A stretch of DNA of 63,968 nucleotides, the filler included, from Lenisia limosa (Eukaryota > Protista > Breviatea): the NCBI GenBank assembly GCA_001655205.1. It is 14 parts of 14 records of this genome, joined end to end, with 100 filler letters (N's around TTAATTAATTAA, not from the genome) between each part and the next. Parts side by side here need not be neighbours in the genome. Positions count along the whole stretch, not along the records: positions 22,096 to 36,432 come from LPNZ01011212.1; positions 36,533 to 38,794 come from LPNZ01006477.1; 12 more parts are not named here. One strand, 5' to 3'. This document shows positions 25,101-38,794 of the stretch, piece by piece. The translations under genes and the position numbers were made by a program. The notes below the pieces were generated by a model. That model worked only from the letters and a program-made list of their open reading frames with translations. It did not search any database and was not told where the DNA came from. Numbering within the stretch: position 1 is the stretch's first letter; every line of letters begins with the position of its first letter.

Positions 25101-26663
25101 CACCCCAGATGGTACCTGCCTTGACGGTCACTTCCTTGTTCGAAATATCCAAGGCGTAGCTGAGGGGTGGGAGGGGGAGGGGTCAATGGGTATTTCAACT
25201 CTATTCGATCAACTTTTCAAAATGCATAATAAGGTTTATGTGTTAAATATACAGTGAGCGGGATAAGTCTTGACCGATTTGCAATAGGAATTCCCAAGGA
25301 AAATCTGTCAAGACTTATCCGTTCACTGTATCATATCATATGTCATATCATTGCTTAAATACAATTGCTCCCTTCTCCCTTGCTCGACACTTTGACTAGC
25401 CATCCTTTATTCGTCTTCCCCAAAATTATTTTACCGCCAACCTTTCGTCTACCCCAAAACTATTCTACCGCCAACCTTTCGTCTACCCCAAANNNNNNNN
25501 NNNNNNNNNNNNNNNNNNNNNNNNNNNNNNNNNNNNNNNNNNNNNNNNNNNNNNNNNNNNNNNNNNNNNNNNNNNNNNNNNNNNNNNNNNNNNNNNNNNN
25601 NNNNNNNNNNNNNNNNNNNNNNNNNNNNNNNNNNNNNNNNNNNNNNNNNNNNNNNNNNNNNNNNNNNNNNNNNNNNNNNNNNNNNNNNNNNNNNNNNNNN
25701 NNNNNNNNNNNNNNNNGACCTTGAAGACGGTATCCTGCGAGTCTTGGATGTGGAAGAGGAGGGGGAGTGCGCCGCCATCGCCAACGGGCTGGGGGAAGAA
25801 GACATACTTCTGGTACCTGGTATGTCACATTACGACTTCGCTGTGATAATGGAAGTAAATGATGTTATGATCATGGATTGATAAGGTAAATTGAACAATG
25901 ATGAAGTAAAACCCTATTCTAACTCATATTGTGTAGTATATCAGCCTTCAACAAACTCTCTGTTAGCCTACTTGTTTAAGAAGCTTGAAAGAACGGCAGA
26001 CTTCGGGAAAGAGGGCTTGAAAGCCGTGATAGAAACAGTGTATTCTGATTGCGGTAAGAAGAAGGGTATACTGAGGGCATTTATTCTGACGGAAGAAGGA
26101 TGCAAGTCTTTCTTCAAGAATATAATAATTATCTATCAATTTAGCTTTTTTTTTTTTTTTTTTNNNNNNNNNNNNNNNNNNNNNNNNNNNNNNNNNNNNN
26201 NNNNNNNNNNNNNNNNNNNNNNNNNNNNNNNNNNNNNNNNNNACTCATACTATCAAAATGTCGACAACAAACAAAAGGCTAACTTGCATCAATCCTTGTC
26301 AAAGAAACACGACTCTGTAAATAATATGATATTAAAATATTGCCCAATCTGTCGAGAAATTGGTTTGATGCGAGTGAATATTACAAGGCAACACCACTCC
26401 ATTTTCACGCAATTATAAAGGATTAAGGATTCATACCCTTTTATTTCCCTCTCATTTAATCATGCGTGCAGTAATCATAAGGCCTACGGTGGGACTTGGA
26501 AAGAGTTGTTGGATGCGGGATGATCGTGGCATTGTCAAGTTCGTCCGCAATAACGAAGGCCAAAACCTAATTTTCCGTGTTATTTATGTTTACAGTGCGT
26601 ACAGAACGCTAAGAAATAAGCAAAGAGACCCACCAGGCAGAGAATGAAGGCAAAAATCTTCAT
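22197..26663 (-). CDS. HEX: Beta-N-acetylhexosaminidase (GH20) with signal peptide
   Basis: Signal MKIFAFILCLVLAFVIA; motifs DSPRFPW, LLDVSRHF, NVLHLHLVDAESWP, GHAASW, WFHIGGDEV, CHWYLD and QWGEQINDFSVIPRIFPRSGAVAERLW in GH20 order. Confidence 0.95.
24473..24700 (-). repeat. 228-nt intron built entirely of family H (5') plus family A (3')
   Basis: GTTTGGGG-GCACGCAGAAA...GCGTGATGGTGTGGACGGCTTCG...CCTGGGATTTG...CATAAATCTCCATTCTTACTCCCCCAG between two GH20 exons. Confidence 0.9.
25252..25328. mobile_element. Family T MITE with TA TSD
   Basis: TA|CAGTGAGCGGGATAAGTCTTGAC ... GTCAAGACTTATCCGTTCACTG|TA. Confidence 0.85.
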
Positions 26664-27147
26664 TGTCCAAAACTACAAATTCAAACGTAGCTCTGTGACT
26701 CTCTGTGTTGTAATCTGCTATTAGTTGACCAACTGCTTCAGGGTTTTTTTTTTACTTTCCGCAACTTATATAGAGGTTTGCTGCTTTCAACCCCCAGGAA
26801 TTTCTCGTTTTTTTTAGAAAGAGAGAAGAAAAAAACGAAAAAAACAGAGAAAGGAATTGTAAGAGAGTAATAATATACGAGTGGAGAGCAATAGCAGGGC
26901 TTAGGAAACTCGTTAACCAATTCCCCTTTGTTGGCACAATGGCACCAGACGCTACTGGGGTGCACTGTTTGCGCCACAATGAACTACAAGATGATTTAGT
27001 GAATTCAATTCTGAGAAACAGCATCTGTCGCGATTTTCTGAGGCCTTATGGCATCACACAAGTGGAAACCGTGAGCCTCTGCCGTTTCTGTTCTTATTAC
27101 CTCAATTTAGGCCATTAAACTGATCACCCTCTACGGAATAATCAGTC

Positions 27148-30100
27148 TCCGCGACAGATTTGGAGCAGAACCGTTGAGCCTCAAAGACATCAAGGGTGTT
27201 ATCGGTTAGCGCCGTCATGGCTCTGGTCGTCTTATCTCTTAAGAATACGACCTACACGTTGAAGATGAGAAAGCGGTACAGGCGGAAGCTGCGCAGGAAC
27301 GTGAGACGAAGCCGGAGCAGGCGGTCGTGAAAAGACGTTACAAACGCTCTTCGTCAACACCAGTGCAGCGTCCTCGTCCCTCGTCTGCATGGCGACTTGG
27401 TGACCAGGTTTGGTGCAGGGAGTGGATGTGTTTTTGTTGAGTTATTGGCCTTAATTATGGAGGCTTGGAGAAGATTTAGAGTGATTCGAAGCGTCTAAAA
27501 ATGAAGCGTTTTTCAAGTTATCTATAAAAGATATTCCCTTTGTTGTAAAATCTGACGAGTACAGAGACAATACGTCCACACTTCAGTTGTAGAGAAGCCC
27601 CATGATCAAATTATTGGTATGTTAGAGCAATGTGTCAGAATTTCAGAAATAACCTTTAGTGGATAAACACAGTGCCGCTCGACACAAATTATATGTTAAC
27701 CCATATATCTAGTGAGTATTGATCATATGACCGACTTTCAAGTCGAAATGATGAACGAAGATAACACGAGGGTTTATCCCGAGTGTATCAGAGTATCATT
27801 GAGACTTGTCGGTCAATTATCATACGAGTGGATATGAGGTATCATATCACTGCGTGGAAAATGATAGTTCACACGTGTGAAAATGATCCAGAAAGTGATA
27901 TGATATAATATATTATTCTGTTGGCCTTGTTCACGAGCATTCGCTACCCCGCTGTGTATTGTTTATGAACTTACATTTTATTTTAAATCAAATATTGGCT
28001 TAATTCAGGGAAAACAATGGTCTCTTTATTGCCCTAAATTCCTCTTCGTACTATGGAAGATATTCCACCGAAAAGCAAGCAAGTTATATGTAGCGTTATG
28101 ACATCAATACACACTTCTTCCCTTTCATTTCATTTTCTTCAAATAGCATTTGCCACATCTCCACCTACGTCAACCTTTCTAATGCCCCCCCCCAGGACAC
28201 CGCTACATCCATGCTCCTCCTGCAAGCCCATCAATGAAGCAGACATACCCGCAGTGGTGGCAGAAAAAGAACAACGGTTAGCCATGATGTTGAGGGTTGT
28301 CTGATAAACAGCAACTTGAGATAGCCGAAGATTTGTTGAAGTGCCTTCTAAAGCAATGGGAATGATTGGTCATAAACTGGAACCTTACACCACCATGATT
28401 GATACACATAGCTTCGGTCCCCCAATCCCCCCGAACTCAGCGGAAAGAGCAACACGAACCAACACACGAGATCTTGAGATCTACTGAATCTGAGTTTGAG
28501 TCCTGCCAGCCTATTTCAGCCACATCTTTCGCTTCACGTTCCCATTCACCTGCCGCATGCGGTATGTCAGGATTGGGTTTTGGAAACAAATTGTCTTGGC
28601 TTGAAAGACTCCCACAAAATTATATTTCATTGTGAGTTTCATACCCCTTTTATCTTCTTCCCATTTTTTTTCTCTGTGTTTTTTAGACGGTACAATTTGT
28701 GGATTCCCAATGTATAACTATCATAGAGCATCTCTGTATTGAATATATGGACCCGCTAAAAGGATTCAATATTCTTACTCCCCAGAAGAAGAAGAGGAAG
28801 TCGGCACAGGCATTGGGTCAACATGGCATCCGGAGCTGCGAGCCTCTCAGAAAAAAGACGCAGTGGAGAAAAGCCGGGCCAGGCTTAACGATGCTGTTTA
28901 CGGCGGACCAAGGCTTGCTTATACCAGTGGGGGACTGGATTTGTATTTTATAATAAGATGAAATATAAGCAAGCAAGTGGGGTGGTAAGAAAGGATTGCA
29001 TGTGAATCATTCAACCCACCCAATAATGTATAATTCTGCTATTTACTCTCAGGTCCCGAGGATATCGCGAGACATACAAAGTGTTGTGAGGTACCCCATG
29101 AACCAGCTGTACGTGAAACCCACCCNNNNNNNNNNATATATGGACCCGCTAAAACGATTCAATATTCTTACCCCCCAGAAGAAGAAGAGGAAGTCGGCAC
29201 GGGCATCGGGTCAACATGGCATCAGGAGCTGCGAGCCTCTCAGAAAAAAGACGCAGTGGAGAAAAGCCGGGCCAGGCTTAACGANNNNNNNNNNNNNNNN
29301 NNNNNNNNNNNNNNNNNNNNNNNNNNNNNNNNNNNNNNNNNNNNNNNNNNNNNNNNNNNNNNNNNNNNNNNNNNNNNNNNNNNNNNNNNNNNNNNNNNNN
29401 NNNNNNNNNNNNNNNNNNNNNNNNNNNNNNNNNNNNNNNNNNNNNNNNNNNNNNNNNNNNNNNNNNNNNNNNNNNNNNNNNNNNNNNNNNNNNNNNNNNN
29501 NNNNNNNNNNNNNNNNNNNNNNNNNNNNNNNNNNNNNNNNNNNNNCCCACCAAGAAAACAACAGCCCATGTAGGTGAACATTACCTTTTCATCAATCAAT
29601 ATCCGTTTTTAATGTGATAGTTTGCGTGACTTAGGCCTGAATGTAGAATGATGAGATCTTTTGNNNNNNNNNNACCAAGAAAACAACAGCCCATGTAGGA
29701 GAACATTACCTTTTCATCAATCAATATTCGTTTTTAATGTGATAGTTTGCGTGACTTAGGCCTGAATGTAGAATGATGAGATCTTTTGTAAATAAATAAA
29801 TTTTGAAGAGTTAATTAGTTTATATACTGGCCAAGACTCCTTGCCCCTCCAATCGCATCAGAACCCATCAATTCACGGTTTAGCAAGAGAAGAGTCCAGC
29901 CGAAGCCTGCTGCCCGAAAAACGGGTCACTTCCCCGCGGCCGCAACCCCCCATCTATGTAAAAATCCATCGCCNNNNNNNNNNACAATTCACGGTTTAGC
30001 AAGAGAAGAGTCCAGCCGAAGCCTGCTGCCCCCCGAGCCGAAAAACGGGTCACTTCCCCGCGGCCGCAACCCCCCATCTATGTAAAAATCCATCGCCNNN

Positions 30101-30678
30101 NNNNNNNAGTTGCACGTGACCGCTCCGCGTGGCTTAAGGCCCAGAGAAGCAGCAATGCCAAAGTGGAGCCCCCTGTCGGCTCCGAGCCTGTTCTTCCAAC
30201 CCGATCCGTGCCGACNNNNNNNNNNATGATGACCACAAATCCTCCACTTTCGCGTCACGCACACGCTCATCCTCGCCAAAATCAATCATTGCGCCGTTGG
30301 TTGCACGTGACCGCTCCGCGTGGCTTAAGGCCCAGAGAAGCAGCACTGCCAAAGTGGAGCCCCCTGTCGGCTCCGAGCCTGTTCTTCCAACCCGATCCGT
30401 GCCGACTCATTCCGCCGAGGTACTTCCGGTGAACATTCTGAAAACCGCCGCCGAGGCTAGTATTCTGAATGACGTGTCGTCGCCCGTGCCCCCCGTTATG
30501 GTAAGTACTTCCTTATTAGGCAGTTACACTTATTTTTTGTTTGACACCCCAGGTTGAAACGCTTTCAAAAACGGACATCTCCCCGCGGCCAAAGCCAATT
30601 ATTCCTGAAATTCCACAATCCCCTCCTCCTAAGTCCACCCCTGCAGCTCCAGCAACTACTACTTCAGAATCTACAGTG
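27148..30678 (+). CDS. Multi-exon hypothetical Pro/Ser-rich protein
   Basis: GT-AG bounded exons such as LRDRFGAEPLSLKDIKGVI|EYDLHVEDEKAVQ and VETLSKTDISPRPKPIIPEIPQSPPP; frames not fully resolved. Confidence 0.45.
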
Positions 30679-31555
30679 GTGGGGATATCGCTTTTATAAT
30701 AGTATTTATTATATCCGTTATCCCTTGATCTAGTATGAATCTTACTCAGTTCTGTTACGAAATTAGAAACCTGAAAGTGAGCCTGCCGCCCATGGTCCGG
30801 CAGCCCTCCTCCGAGCCCTGCGGTCACAAACCGCCAAAACTGCGGAGGCGCCACGTGAGCAGCCGAAGGAATCTGCAAAGTATTGGGGTGCTATCTTTCT
30901 GCAAAAAGGGGGGGGGGGGGNNNNNNNNNNATTTTTAAGGCGGCAAGTTTATTTTAGAATCATGATCTTTTTAAAAGAAACATGCCTTGTTCAGATATCT
31001 TATTGAAGTATGTGCACCTTTTTTATCACCTTTTTCAGTACAAATCTTACGTACAATTAATACATTGTAATTAATAGTTGAAATTTGAAATTATATTGTC
31101 TAAAAAGAGGTTCTGGTTACGAAATGTCCCACTTCGAAATTCCCATTTAATTGTAGAGCCCTCTAAACACACCTACTCATTTTGACATTCGCAATATCAA
31201 TACCTCTTTTCCCATTGAATGCCACTCAGGCTCACGAGCTGGGCTTTTGACTATGGCAACTTTGATAGAGACCCACTCCAGGTCGAATCGTAGGTACTTT
31301 CTTTTTGTTTTTTGGAACTGTGTTTTGTTATTTAGGTTGTATTTTTTATTATTATTTTGTATTTTAAGATTACCATGTACTTTTATCCTTTGAGTATCTG
31401 TGGTGACCCTTGTAATAAACAACCTTTTTATGTTCACAAGAAATTTATTTCTCAGATTTCCTTACATATTTCCGTTAAGCAATTACACCTCCCCCCCCNN
31501 NNNNNNNNTCTTCCGGTGAACATTCTGAAAACCGCCGCCGAGGCTAGTATTCTGC
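28735..31555. other. Unmerged near-identical overlaps flanking 10-N gaps (probable allelic haplotypes)
   Basis: The same 60-200 bp appears on both sides of 10-N gaps near 29125, 29664, 29974, 30098 and 30216, and 31509 repeats 30423; copies differ by a few SNPs or indels. Confidence 0.75.
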
Positions 31556-31977
31556 GGCTAAATTTGATGATAATTCACAATTTCTAACTGCACGTTAAAC
31601 GATATCGTTATTGTTACCAAACACTTCCTGATAATTCCTGAGCATTTTTATGTGATAAGTCCTGTAAGACTGTATCTTGAACATTTTATGAACTATTTGG
31701 GACGTAATATATGAAAATGATGGGATCATGCATGCTCAGTGTTCAAATCTGGACACTGTGCAGGCCAATCCATCAGTTAATATTGGACATTATCAAAAAT
31801 ATATCTTTTACACAGCTAAACAGTTAGAATACGGATGAAAAGTGGCAACGATAGAAATTACACGGAACTTATTTTTGCCGTGTGCTTTGGGGGGCTATCC
31901 TGTTGAAACATTGATTTTTTAATTGGCACATGCTAAACAACTAATTTCAATTTTTATGAAACCAACTTGATACAAAA

Positions 31978-32142
31978 TTGGGCGAATCTGGTGTCACACC
32001 GACCTCCGAAGTTGATATGACAGAAAAATTGGAAGATACTTGGTCTAAGATACCTTCATTTGCAATTAAAGATCTAATCGACTCCATGCCACGTCGTCGC
32101 CAGGCCATTATCAACTCAAATGGTGCCCCACCAAATATTAGA
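31978..32142 (+). pseudogene. Tc1/mariner transposase C-terminal remnant
   Basis: LEDTWSKIPSFAIKDLIDSMPRRRQAIINSNGAP followed, after a 1-nt frameshift, by TKY*, matching the Tc1 end motif LIDSMPRR..AVI...G..TKY. Confidence 0.8.
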
Positions 32143-32907
32143 TTTTTGGAATTTATATTGCCTATTTTCCATTATTTTCAAATACACATTTTATTTATTT
32201 TGGCCAGAGGTTAAATAACCTGTCAATTATCACCTTTGAAAGCTGTGGACGTAAACTGTAAAACCTTTTTTGCGCAAAATGCCGTTTACTCAAAATGAAT
32301 AAAATTGCGAACAGTTTTATAAAAGTACTTAGTGCCATTACTTATCTCACGCACTGTATTTATATTTGGAAGATCATCTTAAGATGAATTATATAACCCA
32401 ATACTCAATAGTGTATGGATAGGATATATATCTATTCAGTATTGGAGAAAATCCACTGATACAAATAGAAAAGCAACTTATCAAATTTAGGAAACCTCAT
32501 TGTTTTCTAACATTTAGATATTTATAAACCAAACTGCACCGATGTCTCTGAGTGAATCAAGTTTGGCAGATAAGAGAGATATTGAATTGGACGAGGTTTG
32601 CAGTGTTAATCAAGAAAACTGATCATAAATTTCATTGTAAAAGAAGATATATTTATCCATAAAATTGAGACGACTCTCTACAATCATATATGAATGATAC
32701 TTCATCACAGTCACTATGGTGTATTCAGTATTCTTGATTTATGTATTTTCAGCAAATTGAGATGAAACTGGTAAACCTAACAAGGCCTAAGCTACACCCT
32801 AAAATGAGGCAGTATCCTTCAGTAAGGAGTTGTGGCCTTGTTATTTTGAAATAAAGTAGAAATTATTCCTTGAAAATAATCCCCAAGTTCTGTCCCAAAA
32901 TCAACAC

Positions 32908-35900
32908 AGAGCTCCACCCATTTACTGACCATGAGTATTTCAATGTTCGAGAAGGACATGAGAAGTACCATGGTTTTATAAGCTTGGCTCCTTTTGATAC
33001 AACTACAACAAAGTAAGCAGCCTTAAACAGATGTAAGAATTCTTCCTCCATTCTGCTTCCAGTTTCATTTTTGTGCCCGCGTCCACACCACAATATTATG
33101 TTACTCCATCTAAATAAGTGTATTTTTGATTTTAACCCACTGCACAGCCCATATTCCACCGATCCTAAAGTTATCTGTAAGCTGCGAAAGCAACCAGAAA
33201 TTTCACCAGACCCGAATGTGTCAGGCTTCACGCAAGCTAAGTTAAAGACACCTCTTGATATCCAGCCTGTTTCAAACTGTTCTCAAGTATTTGGGTTTAT
33301 TTTACGTATTATGGGTAATATTTACTTATTTTCATTTTGTTATTTGCTAATAACAATATTTTATATGTAACTGTATACGAAGTCTTTGATTTATATATGC
33401 ATTGTACATGTACATATCATATGTTCACATTTCTGAACAATAAAGCCTCCGCATTTTAATAAATAAAACAATGGTCTAAATACATAGATTTTATAAATCA
33501 TATTGTGAAATATATGTATGTGTATTTGATTAACCAATTAATACCTGTTTAGAGGGTCAAAATCCGTGCCGGGCTTCGCAACATGATTGATGTCGCATTG
33601 AGAAACAGAAGAAACGCCATGCAAAATATGAAGGAAAACAATCTTAGTAAGAGCGGTAGATCATGTCTTGATTTGAAATTCTGTAATTCCAACAAAAATT
33701 TATCATACTTCGTGATGTGTTGTGTTTTTGGGCAAATTTGTTGTGTCAACTCTGTAATAATGTTGTTCCGAATACAATTCTAACAACCTAATTTTTAGAT
33801 GGGGGTAAATCTATGGCGTTTCAAGACCACCCGCCACATATTCACCACATTGTCGTGGAGAGTGCTGGCAACAGAGTATGGATGGGATAATGATCAACCA
33901 TGAATCTGATTGTTGTTTAACACTTTAACTTTACCATCCAGAACTTTTGATTTGATTAATAAATACTTCAATAACTTAGATTAACAGCACAGTATAGTTT
34001 CACTATTCAGTCGATCTCTTTTGCATATCCGACTGTCATGGAAACTCTTAACAGCCTCCCAACTGGTTTTAGCGAGTTCAGATATCCTGTTGGTGATACC
34101 TTCTCAATTTTTATTGAAATGTTTATCGAATTATTGTAAAAAGCCTGCTACTAATCCAAACAGCTTCATCGTCTTCTGCATAGTAGCTCAACAGCAAACA
34201 GAATGGCTTCTGACACAGGCTACACGTACTTCCCTTATTCGTCACCTCCTGTTGGTTATTCAACATTTAAGGGCAAAGATGTAATATTTGGTGGTTTTAT
34301 CAGTGCTCCACTACTGCATTATTTACAGTGTAGAATCAATTCGGTCCGATAGATGAGTTAAATGAGCCATATGAAACAGTAAGACATTGGTTTTTCCAGT
34401 TAGCTAGCACGTTACTTACTTCCTAGAGTGTCAATTTTACAGAGCATTGCCCATATTCCTCCAATCCCAGCGCTCTTGGAAGTATGTCGCAACATCTTTT
34501 GAACAATAATAATGACACCTCAATAACCAACTTATATGATATATGGACGATTTAATATATATGTTACGCAATTACACTAATATTTTCCATTGATTATAAC
34601 CCCAAAAGGCTTAGGATACAAAACCTATGTGTCTCTCGCATATTCTACTGACCATCCGATCAACAAAGGCTATTTGCATGGAAGAGTAAATTTCAGAGTA
34701 TGTTTACTAGTGTAAAATTAAAATGGATCTAATACTCCTTATTTCAGCACTACGACTCAACAATGGGAGACTATGCACGTTTCAAAGGGGCTGCTACTTT
34801 TGTCAATAAATACGCATCGAAAAATTCTCCAGTCTACACGTTAACGGATGTAAATTGGGTCAATAGCATGTTTTGTATTTCATTTGATATTGCTTTGTTA
34901 ATAGGTTCTATTTGATTAATTAACATTAACCGATTTCTAGACAATTATTCTCAACTTATCAATGGAACTTTGCCAACTTTCCACAGGTAAATAAGTCACA
35001 CGTACCTACTAACAAATTCAATAAGTGCTGCACCAGTGAAGATATCGTGAGTGGGGAACTAAGTAATAATCATTTGAATATGAAAAGAATTTATCGAATT
35101 GACCCACAGCAAATTCACCTTCTAGAGACTCTCAGGTTATCTTGAATTCCTTACAAACCATTCCAAGGAGAATAACTACCCCATTGTCATCATTATTCAT
35201 GGAGATCATGGACCCCAAGTTGGACCTTCAATGGCAACTGACGCTGGTACGGATTCAGCTGATTAGAATTTCTATGTTATATTGATTGTACTTGCAATGA
35301 AAATTATTGACATTGAATCTTGATTTTTGTTCTAATATTGAATTTGGTTACGGCTTCCCTACAGTCCGAAAAAGACTGGTTAAATATTGACATTTATCGA
35401 TGATTTATATGATGCTTAGGTTTTTTGGGAAATCGTACAGTAGAATCTCAAATAACCTTACATCAAACCATTTTATTTTTTAATCACATTTTGTATTCGT
35501 GAGAAGATTTGTCCAAGAGTATTGTTAGGATATTGATTATCCTTAGGAATTTTTGACTACCACAATACGTTTATGTCTGTAACAATGTCCAATGGGATTC
35601 TCAGTGACTATCCAGAGATTAGGTATGTGAAGTATTGCCTCAATGTGAAATCATTGTGAATATATGATATATACTATATTACACACAGCGATACATTCCA
35701 TTATTCATATTCAAGATCTGCATTAGAGGTGAACACTATTCGAAGAGTTGGGATGATCGATATTACTCAAACCATCCGGCACCTTGCAGTGTACCCCTTC
35801 CGATTACACGACTCGTATCGTGATAACGACTTTTTGAATGTGAGTTGTGGTTGTACTTAAAATTGATAAAGCATCTTCCAGCACCCAAAACCAGGTTGTT

Positions 35901-36350
35901 GATAGATATATACAGCAGAAATACCCCCGCAGTTTAAAAGTAATTTCACATCATCTTAGCTTAGTCGCAGTTTGTTAACACCCATTGATATCCGTTACCC
36001 CTCACACTTGCCAACAACTGGTGAGATTGGATTGATGGTATTTTCTTCGATAAATGTATTTATCTTTTGGTTATTGTTATTAGGTTTTGAGACAATGTGT
36101 GAGAGCCTTGAAGGATCAATAAATGCAGTTAGAACTTACAAAACTGAGGTTGGCAGAGAAAATGGATACATCTTTGGTCACAAAGAGTCATAGTAATTTT
36201 GCATGTATTTGATTTCTTAATCAATTTGGTAAACCAACTCATTAATGTCATTCACTTTCACAGGAAGAAGTGTTAGCAATGGTACAGAGAGAGTACACTT
36301 TCTTGACAGTGATAGGGGAATTCCTGAAGTATCTCAATGAATTGTCATTG
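32908..36350 (+). CDS. AT-rich multi-exon gene (or genes) including an alkaline phosphatase/sulfatase (LtaS-like) domain
   Basis: Exon translations LHIYSVES, VNFTEHCPYSS, LGYKTY and YPIVIIIHGDHGP in the order of sulfatase-fold metal-binding motifs; short GT-AG introns, TACTAAC near 35001. Confidence 0.6.
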
Positions 36351-36532
36351 TAATATCAGAGTATACAATTTATTAAATTGACTGGTATTCTTTGTTGTCC
36401 TTATTCACATAGGTGACCATACATAACTGTGGNNNNNNNNNNNNNNNNNNNNNNNNNNNNNNNNNNNNNNNNNNNNTTAATTAATTAANNNNNNNNNNNN
36501 NNNNNNNNNNNNNNNNNNNNNNNNNNNNNNNN

Positions 36533-38794
36533 TGACTCGACGTTTAGCGACGAGGTTATGGATTGTTTGCCCGAAACTCCCTGGTCGATTCCGGAAGGTT
36601 TGTTGGGGTGTTGATCAACATTGCATAAAAAGAGCTTCCCTACAGTCCACCAAAATACCGATGAAATATGGATAGTTATCGACGATTTATCGAGAAATTC
36701 GGTCTCATCTAAAAAAAGGGGTGGCAACGTCTGTAGTTTAACAATAATAAATGATAAAAGTGGTATTTTTTTTGAACAAAATTGTAAAAATTAAAGGTTT
36801 ATTTTTGCAACTACAGACGTTTTTTTCAAAGAGCCACCCCTTTTTTAGACAAGCGAAATTCGGTCTTTTTTGGGAAGACAAACATTTTTGTTTGAGCCTT
36901 TTCCAAAATGTCTTATGGAAATTATGTAACTCTATTTAGACTAAAAGCTTATTCCGTAAGGTTCCTGATTTGTTACAAAAGATAAAATTTGATAGAAGAA
37001 ATGATATACAAAATACTGTGTATAATATATTACATCATTTTCTATATTGATATCTGATATACTATTATTATAAATAATAGATTTATATATGTGGGTGTTG
37101 CATGTATGTGTAATACACATTTTTAGTCTATACATGTGTATATACAGGATACATACATATGATATATCCTTCATGTTCCTTCTATCTCAAACCCTCCGAG
37201 GAAATATGAAGAGATCAGCTTACTTGACTATCTAGGGCTCTGGTCAATTATTTAGAAATTAATTGACAAAAGTAGATGGTTATACTATGTCCCAATTCAA
37301 AATTTGCAATTATTTTTTCAATTAATTGCACGGAGCCCCAATTTATCAAATCACCTCCCAGAGGAAATCGCTAAGAGAAGAGATCTCAGATCATGGCGTA
37401 TCTTCACAATTGACCCTGCTTCCGCCCGTGATCTTGACGATGCTCTTTCCTGCACTGTTTTGGAGAATGGCAATTTACAGGTGAGGGGGGTTATGTGATT
37501 TCAAAGGCAACTTATAAAATGGGGCAGGGGCTTCACTTCGGTTCGAAAAACGACTGAATGCATCGATAAATCCTTGAAAACTGTCTATTTTCCCGAGTTT
37601 TTTCGAACTGGTCCNNNNNNNNNNNNNNNNNNNNNNNNNNNNNNNNNNNNNNNNNNNNNNNNNNNNNNNNNNNNNNNNNNNNNNNNNNNNNNNNNNNNNN
37701 NNNNNNNNNNNNNNNNNNNNNNNNNNNNNNNNNNNNNNNNNNNNNNNNNNNNNNNNNNNNNNNNNNNNNNNNNNNNNTTTTTTTACTTTAACAGAGAAAT
37801 AATATTCCTTTAGAAATCTAGGGAAAGAAATATATAAAAAATTACTTCGTAGATTGGCGTTCACATCGCCGACGTGACGCACTTTATTCCCGAAGGATCG
37901 GCCCTCGATAAAATGGCCTCGGTCCGGGGTACCTCAGTAAGGGGGGTGTATAGAGGGAAGCGACCGGCCTGGGCTTTGTTTGTTTTGCTATTATCAACCC
38001 TCGTGTTTTGTCAGTTGATTTTGGGCATTTTTGTGTTTTTTTTTATTAATTTGACACCCCCCCCCCCCNNNNNNNNNNNNNNNNNNNNNNNNNNNNNNNN
38101 NNNNNNNNNNNNNNNNNNNNNNNNNNNNNNNNNNNNNNNNNNNNNNNNNNNNNNNNNNNNNNCTGCGAAGAACTGTGTTCCCTGAATCCCCATGCTGTAT
38201 GGGGAGAATCCTCACTAATTTTATTAAATCCTTGATAATTCATAGTTTTTCAAAATCCTTGATAATTTTATTTAATCCTCGATAAATCCTCATTAAATTC
38301 TCAATAAGCCCTCGATATGTATGTATATTTATTATAAAACTTGACACTTCTTTTTTGGACTGGTAAAACATCGTGTTTTAAGGTTTTCAGGCATTCCTAA
38401 TTATTTGTTTCCCAATTATTCTGAAAAACTTTATCTCTTGTCAAAAAACAACATCGATATGATGTATTACTATGGTATATAAATTCTTGAATAATATATT
38501 ATATGTACAATCTATATATTATGTGATAATAGCTACATTGTCTTATCTATATAACCGTCTAATATTATATCATATAGTATATGATATTGTTATAGCATAT
38601 TATATACATTATGAATCTGTTTTTTTTTTTAAAAAAATAATGCATATATATATCAGTATGATATGTATAAATATGTATATTAATCTTAAAAATCTTATTT
38701 TTTAGGAGCGGCTGGCGTTCAGTGGAGTATGGGAGTTGACCCCCGAAGGCGACGTATGTGACGAGTGGTTTGGCAAGACGGTTATCCGCTGCTG
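36533..38794 (+). CDS. DIS3L2: DIS3-like exoribonuclease (RNB domain), partial
   Basis: [48 protein letters not shown]; [27 protein letters not shown]; [14 protein letters not shown]. Confidence 0.92.
36712..36850. mobile_element. Small inverted-repeat element within a family M2 copy
   Basis: Arms AAAAAAGGGGTGGC..AACGTCTGTAGTT and AACTACAGACGTT..GCCACCCCTTTTTT. Confidence 0.55.
37966..38068 (+). repeat. Family A copy running into the poly-C tract and gap
   Basis: GGCCTGGGCTTTGTTTGTTTTGCTATTATCAACCC... about 30 nt after donor GTAAGGGGGG. Confidence 0.8.

Noticed and set aside
25891-26418. 175-aa plus-strand ORF
   Set aside because: It spans a gap and overlaps a minus-strand GH20 exon (~25970-26045, YTVSITAFKPSFPKSAVLSSFLN), so it is a shadow ORF
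26900-27120. Non-LTR retrotransposon fragment (HCLRHNEL…)
   Set aside because: Short, no RT or endonuclease motifs, and more simply the 5' part of the adjacent hypothetical gene
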